Below, in pieces: positions 1 to 8,974 of a stretch of DNA of 64,000 nucleotides. The stretch spans positions 186,614 through 250,613 of the forward strand of contig CAVQZD010000005.1 of the NCBI GenBank assembly GCA_963718375.1, read 5' to 3'. The stretch comes from an uncultured Actinomycetes bacterium (GTDB lineage Bacteria; Actinomycetota; Thermoleophilia; RBG-16-64-13). The position numbers were made by a program, and so were the translations under genes. Each line of letters opens with the position of its first letter. Position 1 is the stretch's first letter. Under the pieces are notes generated by a model, which was given only the letters and a program-made list of their open reading frames with translations, was not told the DNA's origin and ran no database searches.

Positions 1-1393
1 GCTCACGGCGGACGAGATGGCCAAGGGTCTGACAGCAGCGATCCTGGCGGGTTCGCTATCGCCAGTCATACCCGTGGCGTCCACCAAGAATATTGGGATC
101 GACAGGCTGCTGGACCTGCTACTCGAGACGCCATCGCCGGCGGATCGCGGGGCGATAAGAGTGCTCGCTGGCGCCAGCGGCGGCGACGAGACTGTACTTG
201 AGCCAGACCCCAGCGGGCCCGCTGTGGCGTTCGTCTTCAAGACGATCTACGACCAGTTCTCCGGACGTGTGAACCTGGTCAAGATACTCTCGGGCAAGAT
301 CGGCACCGACAGCCACCTGCTAAACGTGAGGGCCAACGAGAAGGAGCGCACGGGCAACATCCTTCTCATGCAAGGCAAGGAGACAAAGCCCGTAGAAGGA
401 GCCTCCGCTGGTGATATGGTCGCGCTGGCGAAACTCAAAGAGGCTAACACGGGTGACACACTCTGTGAGTCCGCTCATGTTGTCCGCTTCCCCAAGTACG
501 AAGTGCCGCCTCCCGCGATCTCGTTCGCGCTGACCCCTAAGACCAGGGGTGACGAGGAGAAGGTCAGCAACGGGCTGAAGCGCTTGGGCGAAGAGGACCC
601 AGCTATGCAGCTCAAGTTCAACCCGCAGACCAAAGAGATGCTCATCTCTGGCACCAGCCAAGTGCATGTCGAAGTTGTCCTGGATAAGTTGAAGAGAAGG
701 TTCGGGGTAGAAGTGGAGTTACACCCGCCGCAGGTGCCGTACAGGGAGACCATACGCAAGAAGGCTACGGCTCAAGGTCGGCACAAGAAGCAGACGGGTG
801 GACGCGGGCAGTTCGGCGATTGTTGGATAGAAGTCGAGCCGAGAGCGAGCGGCGAGGGCTACCTGTTCGAAGACGCGATCTTCGGAGGATCGATACCGCG
901 CAACTTCATCCCAGCCGTCGAGAAAGGCGTCGTAGAGGCAATGGAACACGGCGTGATAGCGGGGTATCCCGTCGTGGACGTCAAGGTGAAGCTCTATGAT
1001 GGTTCGTACCACAATGTCGACTCGTCGGAGTTGGCCTTCAAGCTTGCCGGCGTCCTCGCGTGGAACCACGCAATGACCCTGGCCCATCCCGTGCTTCTCG
1101 AACCCATCATGAACGTCGAAGTCATTGCACCCGACCAGAACATGGGCGACATCATGGGCGACCTCTCTGGGCGTCGCGGAAAGCCCCAGGGTAGTGAGAG
1201 CCTCGGGGAGTTGCAGGCCATCAGGGCCCAGGTGCCCTTGGCGGAGATGCTCAGCTACGCGCCGCAGTTGCGTTCGATGACGGCAGGCCGCGGGTCGTAC
1301 ACGATGGAGTTGGACCACTATGAGGAGGTCCCGTCGCATCTGGCCGACAAGATAGCGGCTGAGGTCAAGGCGCGACGCGAAGCAGAATCCTAA
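1..1393 (+). CDS. fusA: Elongation factor G family GTPase, C-terminal ~460 aa; the 5' end lies outside the window. It may be an EF-G paralog (fusA2-like), because the downstream gene is rpiR rather than tuf.
   Basis: ORF 17..1393 reads LTADEMAKGL...PVIPVASTKNIGIDRLLDLLLETPSP, matching the EF-G region ...PVLCGSAFKNKGVQ.LLDAV..YLPSP. Downstream EF-G domains III-V (GYPVVDVKVKLYDGSYHNVDSSELAFK) are present. The frame is open back to nt 2. Confidence 0.8.
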   Translation, partial: LTADEMAKGLTAAILAGSLSPVIPVASTKNIGIDRLLDLLLETPSPADRGAIRVLAGASGGDETVLEPDPSGPAVAFVFKTIYDQFSGRVNLVKILSGKIGTDSHLLNVRANEKERTGNILLMQGKETKPVEGASAGDMVALAKLKEANTGDTLCESAHVVRFPKYEVPPPAISFALTPKTRGDEEKVSNGLKRLGEEDPAMQLKFNPQTKEMLISGTSQVHVEVVLDKLKRRFGVEVELHPPQVPYRETIRKKATAQGRHKKQTGGRGQFGDCWIEVEPRASGEGYLFEDAIFGGSIPRNFIPAVEKGVVEAMEHGVIAGYPVVDVKVKLYDGSYHNVDSSELAFKLAGVLAWNHAMTLAHPVLLEPIMNVEVIAPDQNMGDIMGDLSGRRGKPQGSESLGELQAIRAQVPLAEMLSYAPQLRSMTAGRGSYTMELDHYEEVPSHLADKIAAEVKARREAES

Positions 1394-1442
1394 GTCTGAG
1401 CGGTACCAGCCCGCCCAAGACTCACTCCGGGACAGCAGCAGA

Positions 1443-1485
1443 AGAGCCGCCGGCGACCCACTCGGGTCGCCGGCGGCTCTTCTTG
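1443..1485 (+). terminator. Intrinsic terminator-like hairpin downstream of the EF-G gene
   Basis: Perfect GC-rich inverted repeat GCCGCCGGCGACCC-actc-GGGTCGCCGGCGGC followed by TCTTCTTG, 50 nt after the stop codon. Confidence 0.6.
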
Positions 1486-1543
1486 AGGGGGTGTGGGTGC
1501 CGGAGTTCTTCGCAGACTCTCTCCCTGAAATAGAGGATGGGTG

Positions 1544-1561
1544 CAACAAGTGTTGTATAGT
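1544..1561 (+). promoter_or_regulatory. Putative -10 box (TATAGT, 1556-1561) preceded by the palindrome CAACAagTGTTG; candidate promoter and operator for rpiR
   Basis: TATAGT lies 37 nt upstream of the TTG start at 1598. The same spacing and hexamer recur upstream of the DUF948 operon (24078-24083). The arms CAACA/TGTTG are exact reverse complements. Confidence 0.25.
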
Positions 1562-1597
1562 TGAAGTAATGCAACTCACGGCACCTGTGGAGGGGAG

Positions 1598-2461
1598 TTG
1601 GACGAGGGTCGGGCACATCGGCTGAGCGATCTGCTGCGTGAGGGCTTCGATGGTTTTTCGCGCTCGCAGAAGGCGATCGCTCGGTACATCATCGACCACC
1701 TTGAGGAAGTCAGCTACCTGAGCGCTGAGGAGTTGGGCGAGAAAGGCAGCACCTCAAGCTCTACGGTCGTCAGGTTCGCACAGTCGCTGGGCTTCTCCGG
1801 CTATCCGGAGCTCCAGAAGGCGGCACGTGATGAGCATCGACTCGGGGCTACGGCGAGGTCCGTGGTCCACGAAGACCAGATGGGCTTCTCCATCGAGGAG
1901 GATGTCCTGACGAGATCGCTGAAGACCGACGTCCTCAGTCTTGAAGAGACCATCAGCAAGAACACGATGGAACGTTTCAATCGCGCGGTGACTTCGCTGA
2001 CCGGGGCAAGACAAGTGCTGGCGGTGGGGCTCCATGAGGCGGCCATGGTCGCGGGGCATGCCTCTTACGTCTTGGAGCTACTTGGTATCCCCTGCAGTGC
2101 GGCGTTCGACGGTTCTGAGTCCAATGTGGCTCGGCTAAGCCGTCTCGAGAAGGGAGACGTGCTGCTTGCGGTCGGATTCCGCAAGGCCCACTCTGTCACC
2201 ATCTCCTTCTGCGAGGGTGCTGTCGCTCAAGGCGCGGAGGTCCTGGTCATCACCGACAATTCCCTGTCTGAACTTGCGGATAGGGGGACCGTTACGCTGT
2301 ACGCCGACATCGACTCCACTTTCTTCGCCCACTCGCTGGTCGGACCCATCGGGCTGGTGGGAGCCCTCGCCGCGGCAGTGTACGGGCGGAATAGGGACCT
2401 GCACGATACCCGGGTCCGGGGCATCCGGGACCGCTCGATCGAATCAGGCTGGCTGCGCTAG
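1598..2461 (+). CDS. RpiR/MurR-family transcriptional regulator (N-terminal HTH plus SIS domain)
   Basis: N-terminal HTH_6 motif ...SQKAIARYIIDHLEEVSYLSAEELGEKGSTSSSTVVRFAQSLGFSGYPELQ with a C-terminal SIS-like sugar-isomerase fold. TTG start preceded by GGAGGGGAG. Confidence 0.8.
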   Translation: MDEGRAHRLSDLLREGFDGFSRSQKAIARYIIDHLEEVSYLSAEELGEKGSTSSSTVVRFAQSLGFSGYPELQKAARDEHRLGATARSVVHEDQMGFSIEEDVLTRSLKTDVLSLEETISKNTMERFNRAVTSLTGARQVLAVGLHEAAMVAGHASYVLELLGIPCSAAFDGSESNVARLSRLEKGDVLLAVGFRKAHSVTISFCEGAVAQGAEVLVITDNSLSELADRGTVTLYADIDSTFFAHSLVGPIGLVGALAAAVYGRNRDLHDTRVRGIRDRSIESGWLR

Positions 2462-2565
2462 GCGTAGGAGAATCGTAGACCCGTTGAAGGGGTCCGTAGC
2501 CTCAGCTAAACTCGAAGACGCGATCAAAGGTATTCCTGAGGTGGGAACGGGCGGAGGGTAGCTGT

Positions 2566-3318
2566 ATGTCTGGACACTCAAAATGGGCGGGCATCAAGCA
2601 CAAGAAGGCGCTTGTCGATGCCAAGAGAGGCAATCTCTTCGGCAAGCTCGCCAGAGCGATCACCGTCGCGGCCAGGGAAGGCGGTGGTGACCCCGAGCAC
2701 AACGCGGCTCTGGGCACAGCGATCCTCAAGGCCAAGGATGCCAACATGCCGGGCGACAACATCGACCGGGCCATCAAGAAGGGTACGGGCGAGGGCTCGG
2801 ACGCCGAGACTTATCATCACCTCACCTACGAGGGGTACGGTCCCAACGGAGTCGCCATATATGTCACGGCGCTGAGCGATAACAAGAATCGCACCGCGGC
2901 CGACGTCCGTCACCTATTCGATAAGAGTGGTGGGAAGTTGGGCACCGACGGCTCCGTCAGCTGGATGTTCGAACGAAAAGGGGTCATTTTCGTTGATGCC
3001 GCGGGTCGCGACGAGGACACCGTGATGACCGCAGCGATCGACGCCGGGGCAGAGGACGTCCTCAGCGAGGGGGATATGTTCGAGATCCGGTGTGAAGTCT
3101 CAGACTTCGTCAGCGTGCGCAACAAGCTTCAAGAAGCGGGTCTGGCCTTCTCATCGGCGGAGCTCACGATGATTCCCAAGAACACCGTGGCTCTGGACGA
3201 AAGCGACGCGCGCAAGACGCTCAGGCTGCTTGACGCGCTGGAGGAGAACGACGACGTGCAAGAGGTGTTCGCGAACTTCGACGTGTCGGACGAAGTCATG
3301 CGCGCCTTGGCCGGCTAG
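2566..3318 (+). CDS. yebC: YebC/PmpR-family DNA-binding transcriptional regulator
   Basis: MSGHSKWAGIKHKKALVDAKRGNLFGKLARAITVAAREGGGDPEHNAALGTAI is the canonical YebC N-terminus. 250 aa, and located upstream of ruvC as in many bacteria. Confidence 0.92.
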   Translation: MSGHSKWAGIKHKKALVDAKRGNLFGKLARAITVAAREGGGDPEHNAALGTAILKAKDANMPGDNIDRAIKKGTGEGSDAETYHHLTYEGYGPNGVAIYVTALSDNKNRTAADVRHLFDKSGGKLGTDGSVSWMFERKGVIFVDAAGRDEDTVMTAAIDAGAEDVLSEGDMFEIRCEVSDFVSVRNKLQEAGLAFSSAELTMIPKNTVALDESDARKTLRLLDALEENDDVQEVFANFDVSDEVMRALAG

Positions 3319-3333
3319 AGGATCAGCCGCGAC

Positions 3334-3882
3334 GTGAACGAGCCGGCGGGCAGGGTGATACTAGGGCTCGATCCAGGCACGGCCTCCACCGGGTACGGCG
3401 TAGTGTCGGTGAGCGGCAATCGGTTCAGGGCTCTATCCTACGGCGTGGTAGAAACGCCTTCTCGCATGGCGCTGGAGCGGCGATTGGAGAAGGTGTTCGC
3501 AGAGATAACCGAGATCCTGAGGTCTCATCGCCCTGACGCCACCGCAGTGGAATCGCTCTTCTTCAATACGAACGTCAGCACGGCTCTGGCCGTAGGTCAC
3601 GCGCGAGGCGTAGCGTTGCTGGCGTGTTCTCAGGCAGGTTGCGAGGTGTTCGAGTACACTCCTCAGCAGGTGAAGAAGGCAGTGGTGGGCTACGGCAAGG
3701 CCACGAAGGAGCAGGTCATGGACATGGTAAGGGTGCTCTTGGGGCTGGTGGACACACCCAGACCGGATCATGCGGCCGACGCACTCGGGGTGGCCATCTG
3801 CCACGCGAACACACTGGGGTTGCGTGAGAGGATCGCAGCGAGCGAGGGTGGCCGGATGAACAAAGGGCGACAGGTCACGTGA
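3334..3882 (+). CDS. ruvC: Crossover junction endodeoxyribonuclease RuvC
   Basis: VILGLDPGTASTGYGVV...ESLFFNTNVSTALAVGHARGV...ADALGVAICHA. The ruvC-ruvA-ruvB order is intact. Confidence 0.92.
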   Translation: MNEPAGRVILGLDPGTASTGYGVVSVSGNRFRALSYGVVETPSRMALERRLEKVFAEITEILRSHRPDATAVESLFFNTNVSTALAVGHARGVALLACSQAGCEVFEYTPQQVKKAVVGYGKATKEQVMDMVRVLLGLVDTPRPDHAADALGVAICHANTLGLRERIAASEGGRMNKGRQVT

Positions 3883-4469
3883 TCGAGAGGCTACAGGGGT
3901 CCGTTGTCTCAAAAGCCGCTGACAACGTGGTTCTCAGCGTGAGCGGGGTCGGCTTTCTGTTGGAGGTCTCGGCTGTCACACTCAGGGATGTGCCGTCCGT
4001 GGGAGAGGAAGCGCTTCTCTATACGCATCTTCACGTGCGCGAAGATGTTCTGCAGCTCTTTGGGTTCTCCACGGAGGAAGAGAGGGAGCTCTTTCGGCTG
4101 CTGATCAGCGTGAGCAAGATAGGGCCCAGATTGGCGCTGGCTGCGCTTTCTAGCAGACGGCCGCCTGAACTCAAGAGGGCCTTGGCCAACGGGGATGTGG
4201 CCCTGTTCGCTTCAGTGCCTGGGATCGGCCGGAAGACTGCCGAACGCATCATCCTGGAACTGCGGGAGAAGATGGGTGATGCCGGCCTGGCGGGAGCAGG
4301 CGTGTCGGGAGAGGGTGCCGGTTCAGTACCGGACTCAGTCATGATCGCCCGATCCGCTTTGGTCGAATTGGGTTACTCCTTAGCGGAGGCCGACAGTCTC
4401 CTCGGACCTCTTGACCCAGGGCTACGGGTCGAGGATCTGGTGCGGAGTGCTCTCGGGGGTACTTCATGA
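3879..4469 (+). CDS. ruvA: Holliday junction branch migration complex subunit RuvA
   Basis: [10 protein letters not shown]...[44 protein letters not shown]. Start overlaps the ruvC stop (GTGA). Confidence 0.92.
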   Translation: MIERLQGSVVSKAADNVVLSVSGVGFLLEVSAVTLRDVPSVGEEALLYTHLHVREDVLQLFGFSTEEERELFRLLISVSKIGPRLALAALSSRRPPELKRALANGDVALFASVPGIGRKTAERIILELREKMGDAGLAGAGVSGEGAGSVPDSVMIARSALVELGYSLAEADSLLGPLDPGLRVEDLVRSALGGTS

Positions 4470-5572
4470 CGGCTGAGCAAGATGGAAGAGACCCAGGCGA
4501 AGGGATCGACCTATCAGCGGAGCATACATCCGTGGCTGATGCTGAGCGCCTGGCGGATCCGGAAGTCGACCTGCGAGAAGAAGACCTAGAGCGGACTCTA
4601 CGCCCGCGTTCACTGGACGCGTTCGTGGGACAGCCGGTTCTGAGGGAGCAGTTGCAGATCTTCATCGAGGCGGCTAGCTCGCGGGGTGAGCCGCTTGACC
4701 ACGTCCTGCTGGCGGGGCCGCCTGGTCTAGGTAAGACGACCCTCGCCAACATCATCGCTCTCGAAATGCGGGTGAACATAGTCACCACTTCGGGTCCTGC
4801 CCTGGAGCGCAAGGGGGATATGGCTGCCATCCTGACCCATCTGCAGGAAGGTGACGTCCTCTTTATAGACGAGATCCATCGTTTGAACCGAGCGATTGAA
4901 GAGATCCTATATCCGGCGATGGAGGACTTCGAGATAGACATAGTCATCGGCCAAGGGCCGAGCGCGCGTACCATCAGACTGGAGGTGCCTCGATTCACCC
5001 TCATCGGTGCGACCACCCGCTCGGGGCTGATCACGACGCCTCTGCGCGATCGCTTTGGGTTCTCGCACCGCTTGGATTACTACTCCGCAGATGATCTGGC
5101 AGAGATAGTGGGTCGGTCCGCCGAGATACTGGGCGTACGCATCGACGACGAGGGAGCGCGTGAGCTGGCCCTGCGCTCTCGAGGCACGCCTCGCATCGCC
5201 AATAGGCTGCTCAAGAGGGTGCGTGATTTTGCCCAGGTACGGCACCAAGGGGACATCACTGCCTCGATCGCGTTGGAGGCCCTGCAGTTGTTCGAGGTCG
5301 ACGATGAGGGCCTAGACAGGGTGGACCGCGAGATCCTGTCGCTAATACTGCACAAGTTCGACGGTGGCCCGGTGGGCCTCTCGACTTTGGCGGTGGCGAT
5401 AGGCGAAGAGCCCGACACGATCGAGGATGTATACGAACCGTTCTTGCTGCAGCGCGGGTTCCTCATGCGGACACCCAGGGGCAGAGTGCTCACCCGGCTC
5501 GGCTACCAGCACTTCGGGGTGGAGCCGCCTGGCCAGGCCCAGGCGAGCGAGCCGGACCGACTGTTCCCGTAA
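4466..5572 (+). CDS. ruvB: Holliday junction DNA helicase RuvB
   Basis: Walker [21 protein letters not shown] and the RuvB winged-helix C-terminus. 368 aa from the first ATG; the true start may be a little downstream. Confidence 0.93.
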   Translation: MTAEQDGRDPGEGIDLSAEHTSVADAERLADPEVDLREEDLERTLRPRSLDAFVGQPVLREQLQIFIEAASSRGEPLDHVLLAGPPGLGKTTLANIIALEMRVNIVTTSGPALERKGDMAAILTHLQEGDVLFIDEIHRLNRAIEEILYPAMEDFEIDIVIGQGPSARTIRLEVPRFTLIGATTRSGLITTPLRDRFGFSHRLDYYSADDLAEIVGRSAEILGVRIDDEGARELALRSRGTPRIANRLLKRVRDFAQVRHQGDITASIALEALQLFEVDDEGLDRVDREILSLILHKFDGGPVGLSTLAVAIGEEPDTIEDVYEPFLLQRGFLMRTPRGRVLTRLGYQHFGVEPPGQAQASEPDRLFP

Positions 5573-5597
5573 TCGACCCGTCACCGAGCCAGAGACT

Positions 5598-6158
5598 ATG
5601 AGGGTGCTGCTACACGTGTGCTGTGGGCCTTGCGCGTGCGGGACGATCCCGTTCTGGCAGAAGCGCGGGTTGGAGCTGGTCAGCTTCTTCTATGACCCCA
5701 ACATCCATCCCTTCCTCGAATTCGCGCGACGTTTGCAGGGCATGAGGGAGGTGGCGGCTGGCACCAAGACGGACCTGGTCACCGATGAGTCCTATGATCC
5801 GGCGGCGTGGTTCGAGGCGGTGCGGGGCGGACCCGAACTGTCTCGCTGTCGCCGCTGCCTGGCTATGCGGCTGGAACGATCGGCCAGGGAAGCGGTTGCG
5901 CTGGGGTGCGACGGGTTCTCCACGAGCCTTTCCATCAGTCCCTGGCAAGACCACGATGCGATCCGAGCTGCAGGCTCGGAAGCGGGGGAGGCGCATGGGG
6001 TCGAGTTCTTGTATGAAGACCTGCGGAGCGAATACCCGCTCTCCCGGCGTCTCAGCCGCGAGCAGGGCATCTACCGTCAGAAGTACTGCGGCTGCTTGGT
6101 CTCGGAGTGGGAACGGTATCAGGACAATGCCCCCTCGCCCAACCCCACGGAGGAGTAG
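5598..6158 (+). CDS. queH: Epoxyqueuosine reductase QueH (DUF208 family)
   Basis: MRVLLHVCCGPCACGTIPF...CRRCLAMRLE...KYCGC conserved cysteine pattern of QueH. ATG at 5598; the longer ORF from 5427 overlaps ruvB. Confidence 0.8.
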   Translation: MRVLLHVCCGPCACGTIPFWQKRGLELVSFFYDPNIHPFLEFARRLQGMREVAAGTKTDLVTDESYDPAAWFEAVRGGPELSRCRRCLAMRLERSAREAVALGCDGFSTSLSISPWQDHDAIRAAGSEAGEAHGVEFLYEDLRSEYPLSRRLSREQGIYRQKYCGCLVSEWERYQDNAPSPNPTEE

Positions 6159-6165
6159 CCGGAGC

Positions 6166-7261
6166 GTGAGGATAGAAGAGCTCGAATTCGACCTTCTTCC
6201 GGAGGCCATCGCGCAGAGACCCACCGAGCCCCGGGACAGCTGCAGGCTGATGCGACTGACGGCGACTGGAGGAATAGAGCACGGCCAGTTCTTCGAACTG
6301 CAGCGGATGCTCAGGTCGGGGGACGCCCTGGTACTCAACGACTCCAAGGTGCTGCCGGCCCGAGTGCAGGCCAACAAGAAGAGCGGCGGCGCGGTGGAGA
6401 TACTTTTCATCAGGCCGGCGCCGTCGGGCGGGGATCAGGAAGGTGAGTGCTGGGAGGCGCTTGTCAGGCCGTCGCGGCGCCTGAAGCTCGACAGCGAGCT
6501 TCTGGTGGGCGGAGATCGCCTGAGGCTCAGGGAGTCGCTCGGCGACGGCCGCTGGGTGGTGTGCGCTGGCGCTGATCGTCCGCTGGTGGACGTTATGGAA
6601 CGAACACGGACAACTTCCGCTGCCTCCGTACATCCACACCTACCCAGAGGAGCCTTCGCAGTATCAAACGGTGTACGCCGCGACGTCGGGTTCAGCTGCG
6701 GCGCCCACTGCGGGCCTGCACTTCACCGAAGAGCTGCTTCTGAAGCTTCAGAGAATGGGCGTCGAGATCGCGAGGCTGACACTGCATGTCGGCCTGGACA
6801 CGTTCTTGCCCATACGAGAGGACTTGGTAGAACAACATCGCATCCATACCGAGTCTTACGCGGTGCCAGCCTCGACCATAGAGAAGTTGCGGGCGACGCG
6901 CTCTCGGGGAGGGCGGGTCGTCGCTGTCGGCACGACGGTCGCCAGGGTGCTGGAGACGTTGGGGCAGGAGGGGGCGTTGGCGATGAGCGGGCGCGCGAGC
7001 GCTGTTGTTGGGTGCACCGGGATCTTCATCACGCCCGGATATGAGTTTCTGGCGGTGGATGGCTTGCTGACTAATTTCCATCTGCCCAGGAGCACTGTTC
7101 TTGCCTTGACCATGGCGTTCGGCGGCGTTGAGAGGGTCAGGGCCGCATATGCGGAGGCACTCGCTGCGGGTTACAGCTTCTTCAGTTTCGGAGACGCCAT
7201 GCTGATCGAGAAGCTGGCGGGACTGAGCCCGGAGAAAGGCACGCCAATTGCAGTACCTTGA
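6166..7261 (+). CDS. queA: S-adenosylmethionine:tRNA ribosyltransferase-isomerase QueA. It is disrupted by a +1 frameshift near nt 6598-6610 in this sequence.
   Basis: The N-terminal part (VRIEELEFDLLPEAIAQRP...LNDSKVLPAR) is in frame 1 from the GTG at 6166. The C-terminal part (HGQLPLPPYIHTYPEEPSQYQTVYA...GTTVARVLET) is in frame 2 (ORF 6671..7261). Removing the extra A in cgaACac restores ...VDVMERHGQLPLPPYI. Confidence 0.85.
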
Positions 7262-8388
7262 CGGCCTCCCCGACTTCCCTTTCACCTTGGTGCGAGAAGA
7301 CGGCGGCGCTCGAGCCGGCGTCCTCGAGACGCCTCGGGGGCCGGTCCTCACCCCATGCTTCATGCCCGTGGGCACTAAGGGGACGGTCAAAGCCATGCCC
7401 CCGGAGCGGCTGAAGGCTGTCGGAGCGCAGATAGTCCTAGCGAACACCTACCACCTTGCGATGAGGCCGGGTAGCGACGTCGTCCGGTCTCTCGGCGGCC
7501 TTCACCGGTTCATGGGGTGGGAGGGACCGATACTGACGGACAGCGGGGGCTACCAGGTTTTCAGCCTCAGGGACACCGTCCGGGTGGACGATACCGGCGC
7601 CACGTTCCAGTCGGTGTACGACGGGTCGAAGCAGGTGTTCACGCCGGAGCGCGCGATGCGTGAGCAGCAGGCTCTTGGCGCCGATCTGATCATGTGCCTG
7701 GACCAGTGTCCGCCCGGCGGCTGCAGAGAAGGCCTCTCTCAAGGAGGCAGTCGAGCGTACGACCGCGTGGGCTCGGCGCTGCAAAGAGGCACATAGGGGC
7801 CAGGAAGGCATGGGCACCGATGGTCCGCAGATGTTGCTCGGCATAAGTCAAGGGGGCGTGGTCCCGGCGCTGCGGCAACGCAGCGTGGAGCAGCTGCTGG
7901 AGATCGGGTTTCCTGGATACGCCATCGGGGGGCTGTCGGTGGGGGAGGACCGAAGCGCGATGTTGGCGACGACGGAGCTGGCTGTCGCGGCTCTGCCAAA
8001 AGATAGGCTGCGGTATTTCATGGGCATCGGCGACCCCGCCGGCCTGCTAGATGTCATAGCCAGAGGGGTGGACATATTCGACTGTGTTCTGCCCACGAGG
8101 ACGGCCAGGATGGGCACGGCCTTCACCAGCGAAGGCAGTGTCAACCTGCGAAACGCCGAACACGCGCTGTCTGCGGCACCTTTGGAGGCTGGGTGCCCGT
8201 GTCCGGCGTGCACCAGATTCAGCAGGGGAGCCATCCGGCACTTCGTGATGCAGAAGGAGATACTGGGGGTCTATCTGCTGACGGAGCACAACCTGGTGTT
8301 CCTCATGCGCCTTATCACCGCGGCGCGTGAGTCCATACTCGCGGGGGGTTTCGCGGCCTTCTACAAGCAACAAAGAGACGCATGCTAA
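7248..8388 (+). CDS. tgt: Queuine tRNA-ribosyltransferase Tgt, split by a frameshift near nt 7711-7724
   Basis: ORF 7248..7796 reads ...TPCFMPVGTKGTVKAM...LANTYHL...LTDSGGYQVFSL...CLDQCPP. ORF 7810..8388 extended upstream reads AAEKASLKEAVERTTAWARRCKEAHRGQEG MGTDG...GFPGYAIGGLSVGE...CPCPAC. One extra G in cccGGcGGc joins them. The start could also be TTG 7286 or GTG 7289. Confidence 0.85.
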
Positions 8389-8455
8389 CATAGCGTCTCA
8401 CGCCAAAAAGATGCGCTCCGGTCGTGTGGAGCAGTACTGATATAAGGAGGATGCG

Positions 8456-8845
8456 TTGTCTCAGTCGTATTACATGCTGTTGATCTTCGTAGTGTTCATA
8501 GCCATCTTCTACTTCATGGCTATCAGACCTCAGTCCAAGCAGCGCAAGGCTCACCAGGAGATGATGTCCACACTCAAGCCGGGCGACCTGGTGATGACCT
8601 CCTCCGGCGTGTATGGCACGGTCAAGAAGGTGGATGAATCGGTGGTGGAGATCGAGATCGCCAAAGGCGTCAGCATGAAAGTAGTGCGCAGGGCGATCGC
8701 GGATATCATCAGAGACCCTGAGCGCGCCAAGGCGCTTGCCCCCTCGGGCACTAGCAGTGGATCGAGGGCGAGTCGCAAGAGCACGGTCGAGTCCAGCGAA
8801 GAGAGCGATGTATCCGTCGTGGACGACGAGGGCGACAGCAAGTAG
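8456..8845 (+). CDS. yajC: Preprotein translocase subunit YajC
   Basis: Single TM segment plus MSTLKPGDLVMTSSGVYGTVKKVDESVVEIEIAKGVSMKV and an acidic C-terminal tail. AAGGAGGA RBS before the TTG 8456. yajC-secD-secF order. Confidence 0.88.
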   Translation: MSQSYYMLLIFVVFIAIFYFMAIRPQSKQRKAHQEMMSTLKPGDLVMTSSGVYGTVKKVDESVVEIEIAKGVSMKVVRRAIADIIRDPERAKALAPSGTSSGSRASRKSTVESSEESDVSVVDDEGDSK

Positions 8846-8974
8846 TGACGAGTCGCGCTGCCCTGTCCGTTGACACACCTCTTCAGGTGACCTATTCTCG
8901 ACCATCGGGTTGGGGCGCCGCCCTGACCGGTCTCTGCTGTCTGCCTATCACTCTGTCTGTGGGAAGGTGGTCTG

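Noticed and set aside
719-1699. Long antisense ORFs inside coding regions (for example 719..1699 minus, 5610..6410 minus, 19104..20129 minus, 24195..25082 minus, 28133..29107 minus)
   Set aside because: These are typical high-GC artefacts: stop codons are rare in the antisense frames of GC-rich genes. They have no conserved motifs and lie opposite strongly conserved genes.
8386-8420. Hairpin GAGACGC-atgctaacata-GCGTCTC spanning the tgt stop codon, as a possible terminator
   Set aside because: It is followed by an A-run rather than a U-run on the coding strand, and yajC is expected to be co-transcribed. It may be a weak attenuator or mere coincidence.
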